Shown: positions 23,753 to 36,341, counted from the stretch's first letter. The stretch: 64,000 nucleotides of DNA from Macrostomum lignano (GCA_002269645.1 NIVC01003655.1:21181-85180); one strand, 5' to 3'. The notes: generated from the letters alone by a model not told the origin. Numbers and translations: made by a program.

Positions 23753-26700
23753 ATGCCAAAAGTGCACGTCGTCGCGGCCGGAGAAGCAGCAGCAGATGGG
23801 ATGTCAGCCCGCTGGACGTCAGGGGCTTCCACCTCTTCGGCGACGGCGCAAGAACTCCGGCAGCGGGGCGGGCGCGACTCGCCGCAGCTGACATTCAAAT
23901 CTGTGAGCAGCAGCGGCTCCGAGGACTTCCGGCCCAGCAGCAGCCGCCTGCTCCGGCGGGCAGGCTCGCCCGAAGACGATGACGACGTCACCAGCGACAG
24001 TCTGGAGCACCAGCTCAGCCAGGTGACCACGGTCGCGGGATTTCCCTCGGCGAAGGTGAAAACAGTGGAGCATCCGGTGGAGAGCAACCTGCTGGGCCAG
24101 TACTGCTCCACCGCTTTCAACGTGGCCGTGTCAGCAGTTCTGTCTCTGCCTGTGCTGCTGCTGCTGGGCCTTCTGGCTGCTCTGGTCTGTGGCATCCGGC
24201 GGTTGCTGCAGGTGAGGCTGGCAGTCCGGTGAATAGATTTGCAATCCATTGTGTTCCTTTATCCCGTGAATAGATTAGCAATCAATTGTGTTCCTTAATC
24301 CCGTGAATAGATTAGCAATCCATTGTGTTCCTTAATCCCGTGAATAGATTAGCAATCCATTGTGTTCCTTTATCCCGTGAATAGATTAGCAATCCATTGT
24401 GTTCCTTTATCCCGTGAATAGATTAGCAATCCATTATATTTCCTTATCCAGTGAATAGATTGGCAATCCGTTGTTTTCCTTAATCCAGTGAATAGATTAG
24501 CAATCCATTGTACTCCTTAATCCGGAAAATAGATTAGCAATCCATTGTATTCCTTAATCCGGTGAGTAGATTAGCAATCCACTGTATTCCTTAATCCAGT
24601 GAGTAGATTAGCAATCCACTGTATTCCTTAATCCAGTGAATAGATTAGCAATCCACTGTATTCCTTAATCCAGTGAATAGATTAGCAATCCACTGTATTC
24701 CTTAATCCAGTGAGTAGATTAGCAATCCACTCTACTCCACCCCTGAACCACAGGCCGCCTACCTTGGCCGGACCTTCCTGAACCGCAACGAGCTCCTGTG
24801 GCTGCGCCGCTGTCCCGGCACCCTCCCGGACCAACCGGCGGCCTGGAGCTCCTCGGCTGCAGCCTCTTCGTCATCTTCCGTCAGCAGCTCGCAGGCGCCG
24901 CCCTCGACTCGCTCGCCATCGGCATCTCCTGCCGCTGTTCTTGTCCGGCTCGAGCTGCAGCCGGCCGGTCTCAGCCTGTCCGAGTTGCGTCGGGCCTTCA
25001 CCGAGCGGCTGCTGATGGCCGCGGACCCGGACACCGGGCGGCCCCGGTTTCCCCGGTTGTCGCAGCGCCCGGTTGCCACCGGCGTTGGGCTCGCCTGGGC
25101 GCCGCTGGACGGCCTGTTCCGGCCGGAGGAGCAATTCCGGGAAATCGAGCCGCCGCTGCGGACCGAGGAGGATCTCGAATATTTCCTCTCTAGCCAGGCA
25201 GGTCGCGGGTTCGAGCCCGACAGGCCGCTCTGGGAAGTGCACCATCAGGCGGAGTTCCTTGGCAGCGGGCTGGTGGTGTACAGGCAGCACCCGTGCTTGG
25301 CTGACTGGCGAAGCACGCTGGACATGCTGGTCGGCACCCTGCTGGAGCCGGAAGCCGAGCCTGCTGCAGCAGAGTCGCCGGTTGCTAGGCGGAAGTCTCA
25401 GCAGCAGCCGCAGCCGCAGCGGGAGACCTTCGCCAACCGGCTATTCGGCAGGGACAGCCTGCGCAGCCTGCTGACCGTCCCGGGCGTGCTGCTGGGCAGC
25501 TTCCTGCTGAATGCCAGCGACCACAACATGCTGCACTGCAGCGCCTCTCGCAGGCGGACGAAAAAACAGCAACAACAGCAACAACAGCAACAGCAGCAAG
25601 TACAAGAAGAACCGAATAAAAGAGCAAGGCGCCGAACGCTTTTACAGGTGAATATTTTTTCTCAAAATAATCTTCCTCAACGAATATTGATTGAATGAAT
25701 AGTTTGTAGCATTCAGGATGCGTAACTATCATTAGAGGCGCACCTGCGGGGCCTGAGCAAGGCTAAGGGTTTTTTTAAATATGAGCCAAAGAGATCGCCA
25801 GCTGGGGCATCCGCCCTGACAGTCTGGGGGCGTGGGCCTCAAATAACGGCTTCTAATTTATTTAAAATTGGAATTACTGAATGACTGTTGTTGAACTTCT
25901 ATTAACTGCCAGCACTTCCGTGTTTACCACCCTGGCCTCCATGCACCTACCTGTTTCCTACTCTGCTCTTCTCCTTAAACGGTTTTTTTTCTCTTTTCTT
26001 TCGCACTCCCCGATACCCTCCTTGTCATCCTCCTTCCCGCTCCTCACCCTCCTTCCCGCTCCTCACCCTCCTTCCCGATCCTCACCCTCCTTCCCGATCC
26101 CACCATCCTTCCCGCTCCCCACCCTCCTTCCCGCTCCGAACCCTCCTTCCTGCTCCTCACCTTCCTTCCCGATCCTCACCCTCCTTCCCGATCCTCACCC
26201 TCCTTCCCGATCCTCACCCTCCTTCCCGATCCTCACCCTCCTTCCCGATCCTCACCCTCCTTCCCGATCCTCACCCTCCTTCCCGATCCTCACCCTCCTT
26301 CCCGATCCTCACCCTCCTTCCCGATCCTCACCCTCCTTCCCGCTCCGAACCCTCCTTCCTGCTCCTCACCCTCCTTCCTGCTCCTCACCCTCCTTCCCGC
26401 TCATCACCATCCTTCCCGATCCTCACCCTCCTTCCCGATCCTCACCCTCCTTCCCGATCCTCACCCTCCTTCCCGATCCTCACCCTCCTTCCTGCTCCTC
26501 ACCCTCCTTCCCGATCCTCACCCTCCTTCCCGATCCTCACCCTCCTTCCCAATCCTCACCCTCCTTCCCGATCCTCACCCTCCTTCCCGATCCTCACCCT
26601 CCTTCCCGCTTCTCACCCTCCTTCCCGCTCCGAACCCTCATTCCCGCTCCTCACCCTCCTTCCCGATCCTCACCCTCCTTCCCGATCCTCACCCTCCTTC

Positions 26701-29700
26701 CCGATCCTCACCCTCCTTCCCGATCCTCACCCTCCTTCCCGCTCCTCACCCTCCTTCCCGCTCATCACCCTCCTTCCCGATCCTCACCCTCCTTCCCGAT
26801 CCTCACCCTCCTTCCCGATCCTCACCCTCCTTCCCGATCCTCACCCTCCTTCCCGATCCTCACCCTCCTTCCCGATCCTCACCCTCCTTCCCGATCCTCA
26901 CCCTCCTTCCCGATCCTCACCCTCCTTCCCTTCATGTACGACTCCCTGTATTCGCGCGCGATCCCATTAAGGACAAAGGAGTTGTTTCTGAAAGCTACAA
27001 GCTGCTGCAAGCTGACTAGCAAGCTGCTAGTCAATATCAAGAATCATGGAAATACGAGCCCCCCACTAGGATTGAGAGTACCCCTGGCACCCAGAATCAC
27101 TTGGTTATCTCTCCCTAGCGTGCAGTCAAAGCCATTCTCCATTAGCTATGCCTAGCGGTACGGATTAACACTCACGCGGCGGATTACAATTTGTATCATG
27201 TTTTGTTTTAATCAATGAAGCCAGTGAAGCGAGTGTTGCATAAACACTTTTGGCTTGAGTAGGAATGCAATTTGAGCTCAGCATACTCAGCATATACATT
27301 CTCAACTGCAATTTCTCTGATCTCGAGAGTAAACATGCTCAATATCTGCTGTGAGCAGTCTATAATCGCTACTGTGAGCTGTCTCTAATCCATAGTGTGA
27401 GCAGTCTCTAATCCATGATGTGAGCAATCTCTAATCCATGCTGTGAGCAGTCTCTAATCCATGCTGTGAGCAGTCTCTAATCCATGCTGTGAGCATTCTT
27501 TAATCCATAGTGTGAGCAGTCTCTAATCCATGCTGTGAGCAGTCTCTAATCGCTACTGTGAGCTGTCTCTAATCCATAGTGTGAGCAGTCTCTAATCTCT
27601 GCTGTGAGCAGTCTCTAATCCATGCTGTGAGCATTCTTTAATCCATGCTGTGAGCAGTCTCTAATCCATGCTGTGAGCAGTCCCTAATCCATGCTGTGAG
27701 CAGTCTCTAATCCATGCTGTGAGCAGTCTCTAATCCATAGTTCGAGCAGTCTCTAATCCATGCTGTGAGCAGTCTATAATCGCTAATGTGAGCTGTCTCT
27801 AATCCATAGTGTGAGCAGTCTCTAATCCATGCTGTGAGCAGTCTCTAATCCATAGTTTGAGCAGTCTCTAATCCATGCTGTGAGCAGTCTCTAATCCATA
27901 GTGTGAGCAGTCTCTAATCCATAGTGTGAGCAGTCTCTAATCCATGCTGTGAGCAGTCTCTAATCCATAGTGTGAGCAGTCTCTAATCCATGCTGTGAGC
28001 AGTCTCTAATCGCTACTGTGAGCTGTCTCTAATCCATAGTGTGAGCAGTCTCTAATCTCTGCTGTGAGCAGTCTCTAATCCATGCTGTGAGCATTCTTTA
28101 ATCCATAGTGTGAGCAGTCTCTAATCCATGCTGTGAGCAGTCTCTAATCCATAGTGTGAGCAGTCTCTAATCCATGCTGTGAGCAGTCTCTAATCGCTAC
28201 TGTGAGCTGTCTCTAATCCATAGTGTGAGCAGTCTCTAATCTCTGCTGTGAGCAGTCTCTAATCCATGCTGTGAGCATTCTTTAATCCATGCTGTGAGCA
28301 GTCTCTAGTCCATGCTGTGAGCAGTCTCTAATCCATGCTGTGAGCAGTCTCTAATCCATAGTGTGAGCAGTCTCTAATCCATAGTGTGAGCAGTCTCTAA
28401 TCCATAGTGTGAGCAGTCCATGACCTTGCCCGACCCGCAGGAGACGGTGCCTTTGTCGGGCCTGGAGCGAGTCAAGCAGATCACGAAGAACACCTATCAC
28501 GAGCTTTTCCTCACCCTGCTGTCCGGAGCTCTCCGCTCCTATCAGCAGATCCGGGGCGTGGCCCGGCCGTTCGACTGTCGCGCAGTTTTCCCCATAGACA
28601 TCGGCGGTCAGAGGCGCGCCCGCCGCGGCCTGGACAGCCTCTACGTGTTGGACAGCCTCGACCTGCCCGTGAGCGTCGAGGGCGTCATTCCGCGCCTCTG
28701 GCAGCTCCGACGGCGGCTTGAAAAGTTCAAAGCCAGCGGTCGCTGCCGGGCCATCGACCTGGTGAATCGAACCCTGGCCGGCTGCCTGCCCGCCTCTTTA
28801 GCTGGCCGGACAGTCCGCGTGACGGCCAGCCGATCCACCTGCCTGGCGGCCAGTCTGCCAGGGCCGGCGGCGCCGCTCCGGCTGGCCGGCGGGGGACCGC
28901 AACTGACCGGCGTGGCCTGCTGGCTGCCGCCGCCACCGCAGGCCGTCGGGCTGTCCGTGGCGTTTGTCACCTGGGCGGGACGCCTGTCCATCAGCCTGTG
29001 GGCGGCTGAGGACACAGTACAGCACGCGGACTTCATAATGAAGTGCCTGGTGGGAGAGGTGAGTGCGTCAGCTCTCGAGCGCGTGTTTAAGTGTTTAAAT
29101 TTCGACCTGAGCATTAAAGTCCTTCCGGATCTCGATAAACATTTTCTGGAAAGAAATATACTGTGGAGATATAAGTAGTTACTTTTTCAAACAGAGCTAT
29201 AGAATTTAGTTTGACAGGAGGCAGGGAAGTGGTATAAATATTGATATTTAGTGATTTTCATATCACTACATCGATCTGTAGCTTTTTCAGCTAGTAAGCT
29301 CGTGGTTAGTTTGCAGTGCCGCAAATCGTCAAGGTGACAGTGGGACCGGCATTGGGCGAGGAGGCAAGCTGCCATGCCCATCCTGCTGACCCCTGCGCGC
29401 GCACATCACACGGATACGCATACAGCGGCCTCTGACAATTTTGGATCGTCAGGCGTCAGTCATTTTGGCCGCGATTGGCCGAAGTCGCAAAACATGACCC
29501 GGAGGCTGATTCCGCGCCAGGTTCTTTTTAGTTTCTTTTCCCGGCGAGGCTTTTTGCTTCAGGCCCCGCCCTGTGAGCGTAAATAGAGCAGCTCGACCTG
29601 AGCACAAGCACAGCTCAAACGCTGCCACGCCTTGAGCTTTCTCAGCTAATAGTTTCCGATGCCCCGGCTATTTGCCGGTTGGGAGGGTCTCAATCAGGAA

Positions 29701-30876
29701 CTAGGGGATTTGGGAACTGTTATTTCCTCTTGCAACGCGCAATCATGTAGCCTTTCTCTTTAGCGGTTTGAAGCCGCAGGTGCGGCAGCAGCAGCCTTTT
29801 GGATACATTTTTAGCCCTAATCTTTTACAGTAATGTTTCTGCGTGCCTACCTGTAGGCTCCAGCGGCTTGCCCCAAACTCGTCCCTGTCGACCACCTGTA
29901 GCGATTTCCTGACCGGTTAGTTGATAAGCCTGCAGAGAAGATTATGACGAGAAGGGAGTCGTTGTCCTGCAAAAAATTCACAAGTTGATCTGGGATTACG
30001 GTTCCCTTGCTTTTTCATAAATAATTTCTCGCTTGCCTCGGTCTAAGCAACTAATGCGATAAATCGAGATCAATAGAACACGTTGTCAAAGACTGCAATT
30101 TTTTTAATCTAGTAAAAGCTTGATCATCTATAGTGCAGGCAGTCACCTAGCTGGGATTATGAGCTATAGCAGGCTCAGTTTTGACTCAATAGATAAGACC
30201 ACGAATCCGTTGACCAATCAATTTATAGCTGCAGCAGCTCTGCAAACTGATGGAGCACCGCCGCATCCCCTCGGAGGGCTCGGAGGGCGGCGGTAGCAGA
30301 GCTCGCCGTCAGACTCGCAGCAGGTGCAGTCCCACTCCGCAAAACTTCGACGACCACGACGACCTGGAAGGAAGAGCGGCCTCTACATCCGGTCGCATCA
30401 ATGACGTGGCCACTGACGCAGTTGCGGAGACAACAACGGTGGAGAAGATGGCAGCGAAAGTCTCTGATGAGGCGTCCGAGTTGCAGCATCGCCTCAGCGA
30501 GATTCAGGCGCGCCTTCAAGACCCGGACGCGGCGGCATCAACGGAGGATTGGGCGGCCACGCGACGTCGCCTGCAGGCGGAGTTCAACCGCATCCTTGGC
30601 GAACTTCGCCGGCTCCGAGTCGACCTCGGCGAGGCGGATTTTGACGAGATTCTGTCTGATTCGGATGAAGAACCGAGGGCGCGGCAGCAGCAGCAGCGTC
30701 CGGCCACCGCCTTGACCTCCTCGTGTCCAGAGGCAGCTCAGAAGAGAACACTGTGCAGAACTCACAGCGCAGGAGGCATTGCCAATGGTGCTCATCAACC
30801 CGAGCAAGGTGAGGGAGTGACGAACCTCACGGTCATCACCAGTCGACACTTGGAGCCATGGGAGTACGAGGTTTAG
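23753..30876 (+). CDS. WS/DGAT (wax ester synthase/diacylglycerol acyltransferase)-family-like protein with N-terminal TM helix and C-terminal coiled tail
   Basis: Phase-0 exons 23753-24211 (hydrophobic VLSLPVLLLLGLLAALV), 24754-25647 (RPRFPRLSQR, FEPDRPLWEVH, YRQHPCLADW at the HHxxxDG position), 28441-29058 (LERVKQI...LLSGALRSY, ASLPGP, GLSVAFVTWAGRL; WS/DGAT C-terminal-like) and 30229-30876. The last exon has a possible further donor at 30809. Start and end uncertain. Confidence 0.72.
24225..24735. repeat. 37-bp minisatellite filling intron 1 of the WS/DGAT-like gene
   Basis: GTGAATAGATTAGCAATCCATTGTGTTCCTTAATCCC units running almost from donor to acceptor. Confidence 0.9.
26020..26930. 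repeat. 19-bp pyrimidine-rich minisatellite (WS/DGAT-like intron 2)
   Basis: CCTCACCCTCCTTCCCGAT units. Confidence 0.92.
27350..28418. repeat. 23-bp minisatellite ending ~20 nt before the acceptor at 28439-40
   Basis: GTGAGCAGTCTCTAATCCATGCT units. Confidence 0.92.
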
Positions 30877-31736
30877 CGCCTGCTTGAAGCTGAGGTCCGG
30901 CCTCCCCCTCTGCAGACCAGCCCGCATTGCTTGCCTCTCTGTTTGAGCACATTTGAGTCGCTGCTTTCGCTTATCGTATGCCCTACACCTGCTTTGAAAT
31001 CTTAATTTAGAGTGCAGTAGGCTCGTAAGTAAGAATTCCTGATGTTGGAACTTGCTCGTGGAGTTGTATCAGTGGCAGTGTTGTGTACACCCGTCCAATT
31101 TCCAAAACAAGTTGTTTTTTTGTTCGAATTAGGCTTCTTTGCGAACGCTTAAAGTAGTTTTATTGTGTCTGCTTTCTCAATAATCTATCTAGTCTTGTTG
31201 TTGTGAATCAGGTGTTTTTATCAGTATTCGATTCTTGGCTGTGCCCCCCCATCCTCGTATTCTGCTAGATCTGCTGCGTAGCTAGTGAAGATTGGCAATT
31301 TTGTTCATTTGTACCGATCCTTATCTTTGTATAACGGTGCAAAAGAGACAATAATAAAGCGGCTATTTTCTTCTTTTTTATCGTAAGTCTCTGTACGCGT
31401 GAGCTTAGGCGAGCCCAAGTCTGAGTTAGTTTAATAGCGCACTTAATTTTAGATGCTTGAGATTATTATCCTCGAGTGATTTAAATTTAGGTTTAATGCT
31501 TAATAATATAAAACAATAACAATACATTTGCATAGAAGGGCATTCCAATGGAAAACAAGACTGTTTGTTACACGAGGTACTTTGCAAAAGAATCTATTGT
31601 AACCCTTCATTTTTCTTCTTTCAAATCTGAAGCATGTTATGTAATATACTTCGAAGAATATAGTATAGTATTCTATGAGACACCCGGCTAGGGTTTAATA
31701 TACGAAGTACAAGCTGCCTAGTGAGGGGACTCAGGA

Positions 31737-32068
31737 GGGGGTAATAGCGTAGTGGTCTGGCGTGGCGCTCTTATGAGCCAGCAGCCCAGGCTCGATTCCC
31801 AAGTTCAGTCGTATTAATTTGGGGCTGGATTGGAATCTCGGCTTGGCTCTGCTCGTGCAATTAACGGCCTTGAGGGCCAACCACCAAGGCACACAGAAGT
31901 GTACGTGCCTAACGATTAGAAAGTCAAGGGCCGCTGTACACTCCTGTGTGAGTGTGTGCCTGTGCGTATGACTGCGTACGTATCCGCACGCTTGTGTGCC
32001 TGCTCAGGGGAGTCGGCGGAATGGGCAGTAATGCCTCTCGCCGGTTGTGTGCCTATGTCGCTTAAAGT
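31737..32068 (+). mobile_element. tRNA-headed SINE, copy 2
   Basis: TAGCGTAGTGG A-box-like and GGCTCGATTCC B-box-like motifs; colinear with 12392-12706. Confidence 0.8.
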
Positions 32069-32149
32069 TAAAGCAAACTAGCAACTAGCAGAGCTACAGA
32101 AAGGCCTTGACAATGCAGCTGAATTGTCAGAATCCAAAGCTAACTTGCT

Positions 32150-32950
32150 ATCTGGGGGATTCTTGCTATCTGGGGATTCTTGCTATCTGGGGGATTCTTG
32201 CTATCTGGGGATTCTTGCTATCTGGGGGATTCTTGCTATCTGGGGGATGCTTGCTATCTGGGGGATTCTTGCTATCTGGGGGATTCTTGCTATCTGGGGA
32301 TTCTTGCTATCTGGGGGATTCTTGCTATCTGGGGGATTCTTGCTATCTGGGGGATTCTTGCTATCTGGGGGATTCTTGCTATCTGGGGGATTCTTGCTAT
32401 CTGGGGGATTCTTGCTATCTGGGGGATTCTTGCTATCTGGGGGATTCTTGCTATCTGGGGGATTCTTGCTATCTGGGGGATTCTTGCTATCTGGGGGATT
32501 CTTGCTATCTGGGGGATTCTTGCTATCTGGGGGATTCTTGCTATCTGGGGGATTCTTGCTATCTGGGGGATTCTTGCTATCTGGGGGATTCTTGCTATCT
32601 GGGGGATTCTTGCTATCTGGGGGATTCTTGCTATCTGGGGGATTCTTGCTATCTGGGGATGCTTGCTATCTGGGGATTCTTGCTATCTGGGGGATGCTTG
32701 CTATCTGGGGGATTCTTGCTATCTGGGGGATTCTTGCTATCTGGGGATTCTTGCTATCTGGGGGATGCTTGCTATCTGGGGGATGCTTGCTATCTGGGGG
32801 ATTCTTGCTATCTGGGGGATTCTTGCTATCTGGGGGATGCTTGCTATCTGGGGATACTTGCTATCTGAGGGATGCTAGCTATTTGGGGGATTCTTGCTAT
32901 CTGGGGGATGCTTGCTATCTGGGGGATTCTTGCTATCTGGGGGATTCTTG
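32150..32950. repeat. 19/20-bp minisatellite
   Basis: GGGGGATTCTTGCTATCT units. Confidence 0.92.
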
Positions 32951-34110
32951 CTATCTGCGGGGGGGATGATTGCTATCTGCTATCTGGAGGGATGCTTGCT
33001 GTCTGGGGGATGTTTTCTATTTAGGGGGAATGCCTCCTATCTTTGTGAAGACTTCATTTCGTTGTGTCCTTTTGTTACTTTTAGAAAAAGAGATTAATAT
33101 CAAATGCCTTTGTGCGTGACAATTTTACTCGAAAACGGTGATTTATAAAACTGAAGACGGAATTTGTTCTTAAGGAATCGCATAAATAACTTTTGCTCTT
33201 TGCTTATTGGCCGCCCCCAAAGGGGGGCACTAGATTGCTAGTCACAAACTGAGGTTAAACATTCAGCATTCAAAGTCGCTCAGTTGTGACGCGAACCACA
33301 AAAGGGAGAAAGCATGCAGGCTGTTACTACGGGCCAACTAGTTGAATGAGTTCATGAGGGGAAATTCCTGGGATTTCATCTAATATACAATGCCCAAAAA
33401 GAATTATTTTGTACCTGGCCTCGCTAGAAAATCGCTCAGACTCCATCATCTCGAGACTAGCTAGGGACCCAGTTTACAGTTTAATTTACGAGCTGCACTG
33501 CCTCACTGAAGAGTGAGTTTGGTCAATGAAATATACCCTGAAAAATACTGATTTCCCATGAATCTTTGACCTAACAGAAGTCCAAAAAAGCTATCCTTGA
33601 AATCATATCGCATTGTCTGCATAGCGTACATGTGTGCTAATTAGTACAGTGATTTTTTGTACCAGGTGGGTACTACAAGAAGGACTTGAAGCTTAGAGAA
33701 GAACATGGCGACTATCCTGCACCTATGAAATGACTAAAACTAGATAGGATTTATATTTCTCTTCTTTCTCAGTTACTTTTGGTTCATAAGTGCTTTTTTA
33801 CCTGCCCATACCTGGCTAAAATAGCTATACACCTGGAAATTGTGCTGAATTCACTCCAGGGCGCGTCTCTTCAACCCTAATCCTTTTAACAGCGTATTTA
33901 CAAGCTTGTGGCTCAAACTAAATTGAATTTATTACACCATTTTACCTCCTAACTTCAATTCAAACATTTAAACAAATAACAGCCCTTGCGAAACTTCAAT
34001 TCAAACAAAGTCCCTTTCTATTGAAACAGAAGAACTTCAATTCAGACTGTCTGTGGCCAAAATTGTCCCCGAATGACGCGCATGCGCAGATTTGAAATAT
34101 AATCATGGAT

Positions 34111-34809
34111 GCAAGGACGACTAAGTAGAAGGACGGGAAACCTCGTTTCTTAGAAAAGTTTTGAAGGCACTTTTTCCCGAAAAAATACACTACGGAGATA
34201 GGAAATTTTCATTTTTTCAGCACAAAAATTGTTATTGCGTTTGATAGGAGGCAGATCCAGTGTTCATATTTTGATATGTTGTGCCTTTTTTATTGCTCTA
34301 TCGATATTTATAAAGCTTTTCGTTCAGGAAATTAGGATTCTATGTTAATGTTTTATTCTTCGTATATTTTCGCGTGTCTTGTGCTTGAAATACATTAGAA
34401 TGCCACGGCTTGGCTCTTTAGCTTCATGAGTCTATTTTGTCATTCTTACCCGACTGTGTAGCAAATATTTGTAACAGAGATGATAAAATAGGTTCATAAA
34501 ACCAAATATTGGAGCTGTGTCATGCATTTTTGTGATTTTTAGATACAGGAAATGTACGTAGAATCAAAAATTAACATAGAATCCTAGTTTTCTGAACGAA
34601 AAGCTTTATAAATATCGATAGAGCAATAAGAAAGGCACAACATATCAAAAGATGAACACTGGATCTGCCTCCTATCAAACGCAATAACAATTTTTGTGCT
34701 GAAAAAATGAAAACTTCCTATCTCCGTAGTGTATTTTTTCGGGAAAAAGTGCCTTCAAAACTTTTCCAAGAAACGAGGTTTCCCGTCCTTCTACTTAAGT
34801 CGTCCTTGC
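34111..34809. mobile_element. Foldback/MITE-like element (~270-bp arms, ~170-bp spacer)
   Basis: 34111-~34380 is the near-perfect reverse complement of ~34550-34809 (GCAAGGACGACT.AAGTAGAAGG...); flanked by ATGGAT at 34105-34110 and 34810-34815. Confidence 0.85.
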
Positions 34810-34984
34810 ATGGATGTTTAATGCGCATTCTAGGGTTAGAAAGTCCGAGGCAGCATTTGATGGTCTCGAGGCGAGCGAAGCGAGCGAAGCAACCAGAGAC
34901 AAATTTTCCATACATTTAAGACAGTACTAGCTAGACGAAATCCGAATTACTTTCTTTCGTAGCTTTCTCTTGAACCACACCGCG

Positions 34985-36341
34985 ATGGAAGAAGAATTTG
35001 ATAGCAACAACTTTTTTAATTTTTTCGATCAGGCCCCTGCTGGAAATGTAGTTCCGCCGCCCCTCGGAAACGCTAAAACACTGCCGACCAAACCTAGCTC
35101 TCCTTTCGGTGAGCTGCTTGATGAGACCGCTTTGGAGCGCAGAATGCTACAGAGCTTACCTGAGTCTACACGAGCAAAAGAAAAGTGGGCGATGAATGTG
35201 TTCCGGACGTGGAAGGAGAATCGTGTCCAACTGCAAATGCAAGGCCGTCTGTCAGGACTCGCGGTGATTAAGCCTGTCGAAGAGCTTACAAAGAATGAGA
35301 TCAACGAACTGTTGCAATTCTTCGTTTTTGAGGTGAGGAAGGAGAATGGCGAAAAATATCCGCCGGGAACTCTGAAAAACTTGGTATCGATGATCCAACA
35401 CTTATACGTGTATACAATGAAGCGCCAGATGTCCTATCTGGACGGACGCAGAATTTGCTAGCTCGCGACTGGCCTTGGACGCGGCAATGCGTGAGACTGC
35501 TAAAGCCGGGAACCTGAATGGCTCTCAAACTGCAGCACCGATTCCTGCCACAGAGGAAGCCACTCTCTGGGAGCGAGGAGTTCTTGGAGACAGCACACCA
35601 AAGACGCTCGTTTTTACAGTGATATTTTTAATTGGTAAAGTGTTTGGACTTCGTGGAGGACGCGAACTTTATCTCCTAGAGTATAACAAACAAATCCAAC
35701 TGGCGACCGAGGGAGAAGACGAGATTCTGACGTATGCCGAAACCACGGTGTCCAAAACACCACCGTGTGGCCTTATGACCTTCAATCGGCCTATCAAGCG
35801 TAACACGGTGTATCATACACCAGGACACAATCGCTGTCTTGTTTGCTTTTACAAGCGCTACGTCAGCCTCCGCCCGACCGAATGCACAAAGCCGCAACTA
35901 TTTTTGGCCTGGTACCGGAATCCTGCATCTATTCAAGCTGGGAAGTGGTATCAGAATCAGGTACTAGGACGCCACACTATCGATTCAGTTGTGCGCAGCG
36001 TCACGGTGAGTCTGCCGGAGCCAACAAGTGGGAAGTACAGCAATCAGTCGCTCAGGAAGACTTGCGCCACAACGCTGCGTGACGAGGGCATGTCCAGGCC
36101 CGAAATCGCGAAAATTACTGGACACAGTTCAGCTGCCATAGAACGCTATATCGCTCCGTCTGCAAAGGTGGCTAGATTCGCTTCTAATGTTTTACAGGGT
36201 GCGTCTCCTGCAGCCGAATCTAATCCAGGCATGCATGTAAGTGAGCCTGTCGCTTCTGGAGATTCCAGCGCTTCTATTACTGACCACGGTGTCAAGTCTA
36301 TCATCATTGATGGAGCTAAAATCGAAATTCAGTTTAAGTGA
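34985..36341 (+). CDS. Crypton/DUF3504-type tyrosine recombinase (~450 aa) with one apparent +1 frameshift near 35441
   Basis: N-part: TRAKEKWAMNVF...LQFFVFEVRKENGEKYPPGTL (ZMYM/KCTD1/Crypton-like core-binding domain). C-part: FGLRGGRE (Arg-I), SKT, LGRHT, YSNQSLRKT (HxxR with H->Q), ITGHSS (His) and IERY (Tyr). Deleting one G in CTGGACG joins the two ORFs (SYLTDAEFASSRLALDAAM). Confidence 0.85.

Noticed and set aside
33490-33505. Exact termini and TSD of the Chapaev-like element
   Set aside because: CACTG at 33496 fits a CAC start, but the right end beyond 40898 (GAGAGGCGTACTG) does not give a matching GTG or a convincing duplication, so no TSD is claimed.
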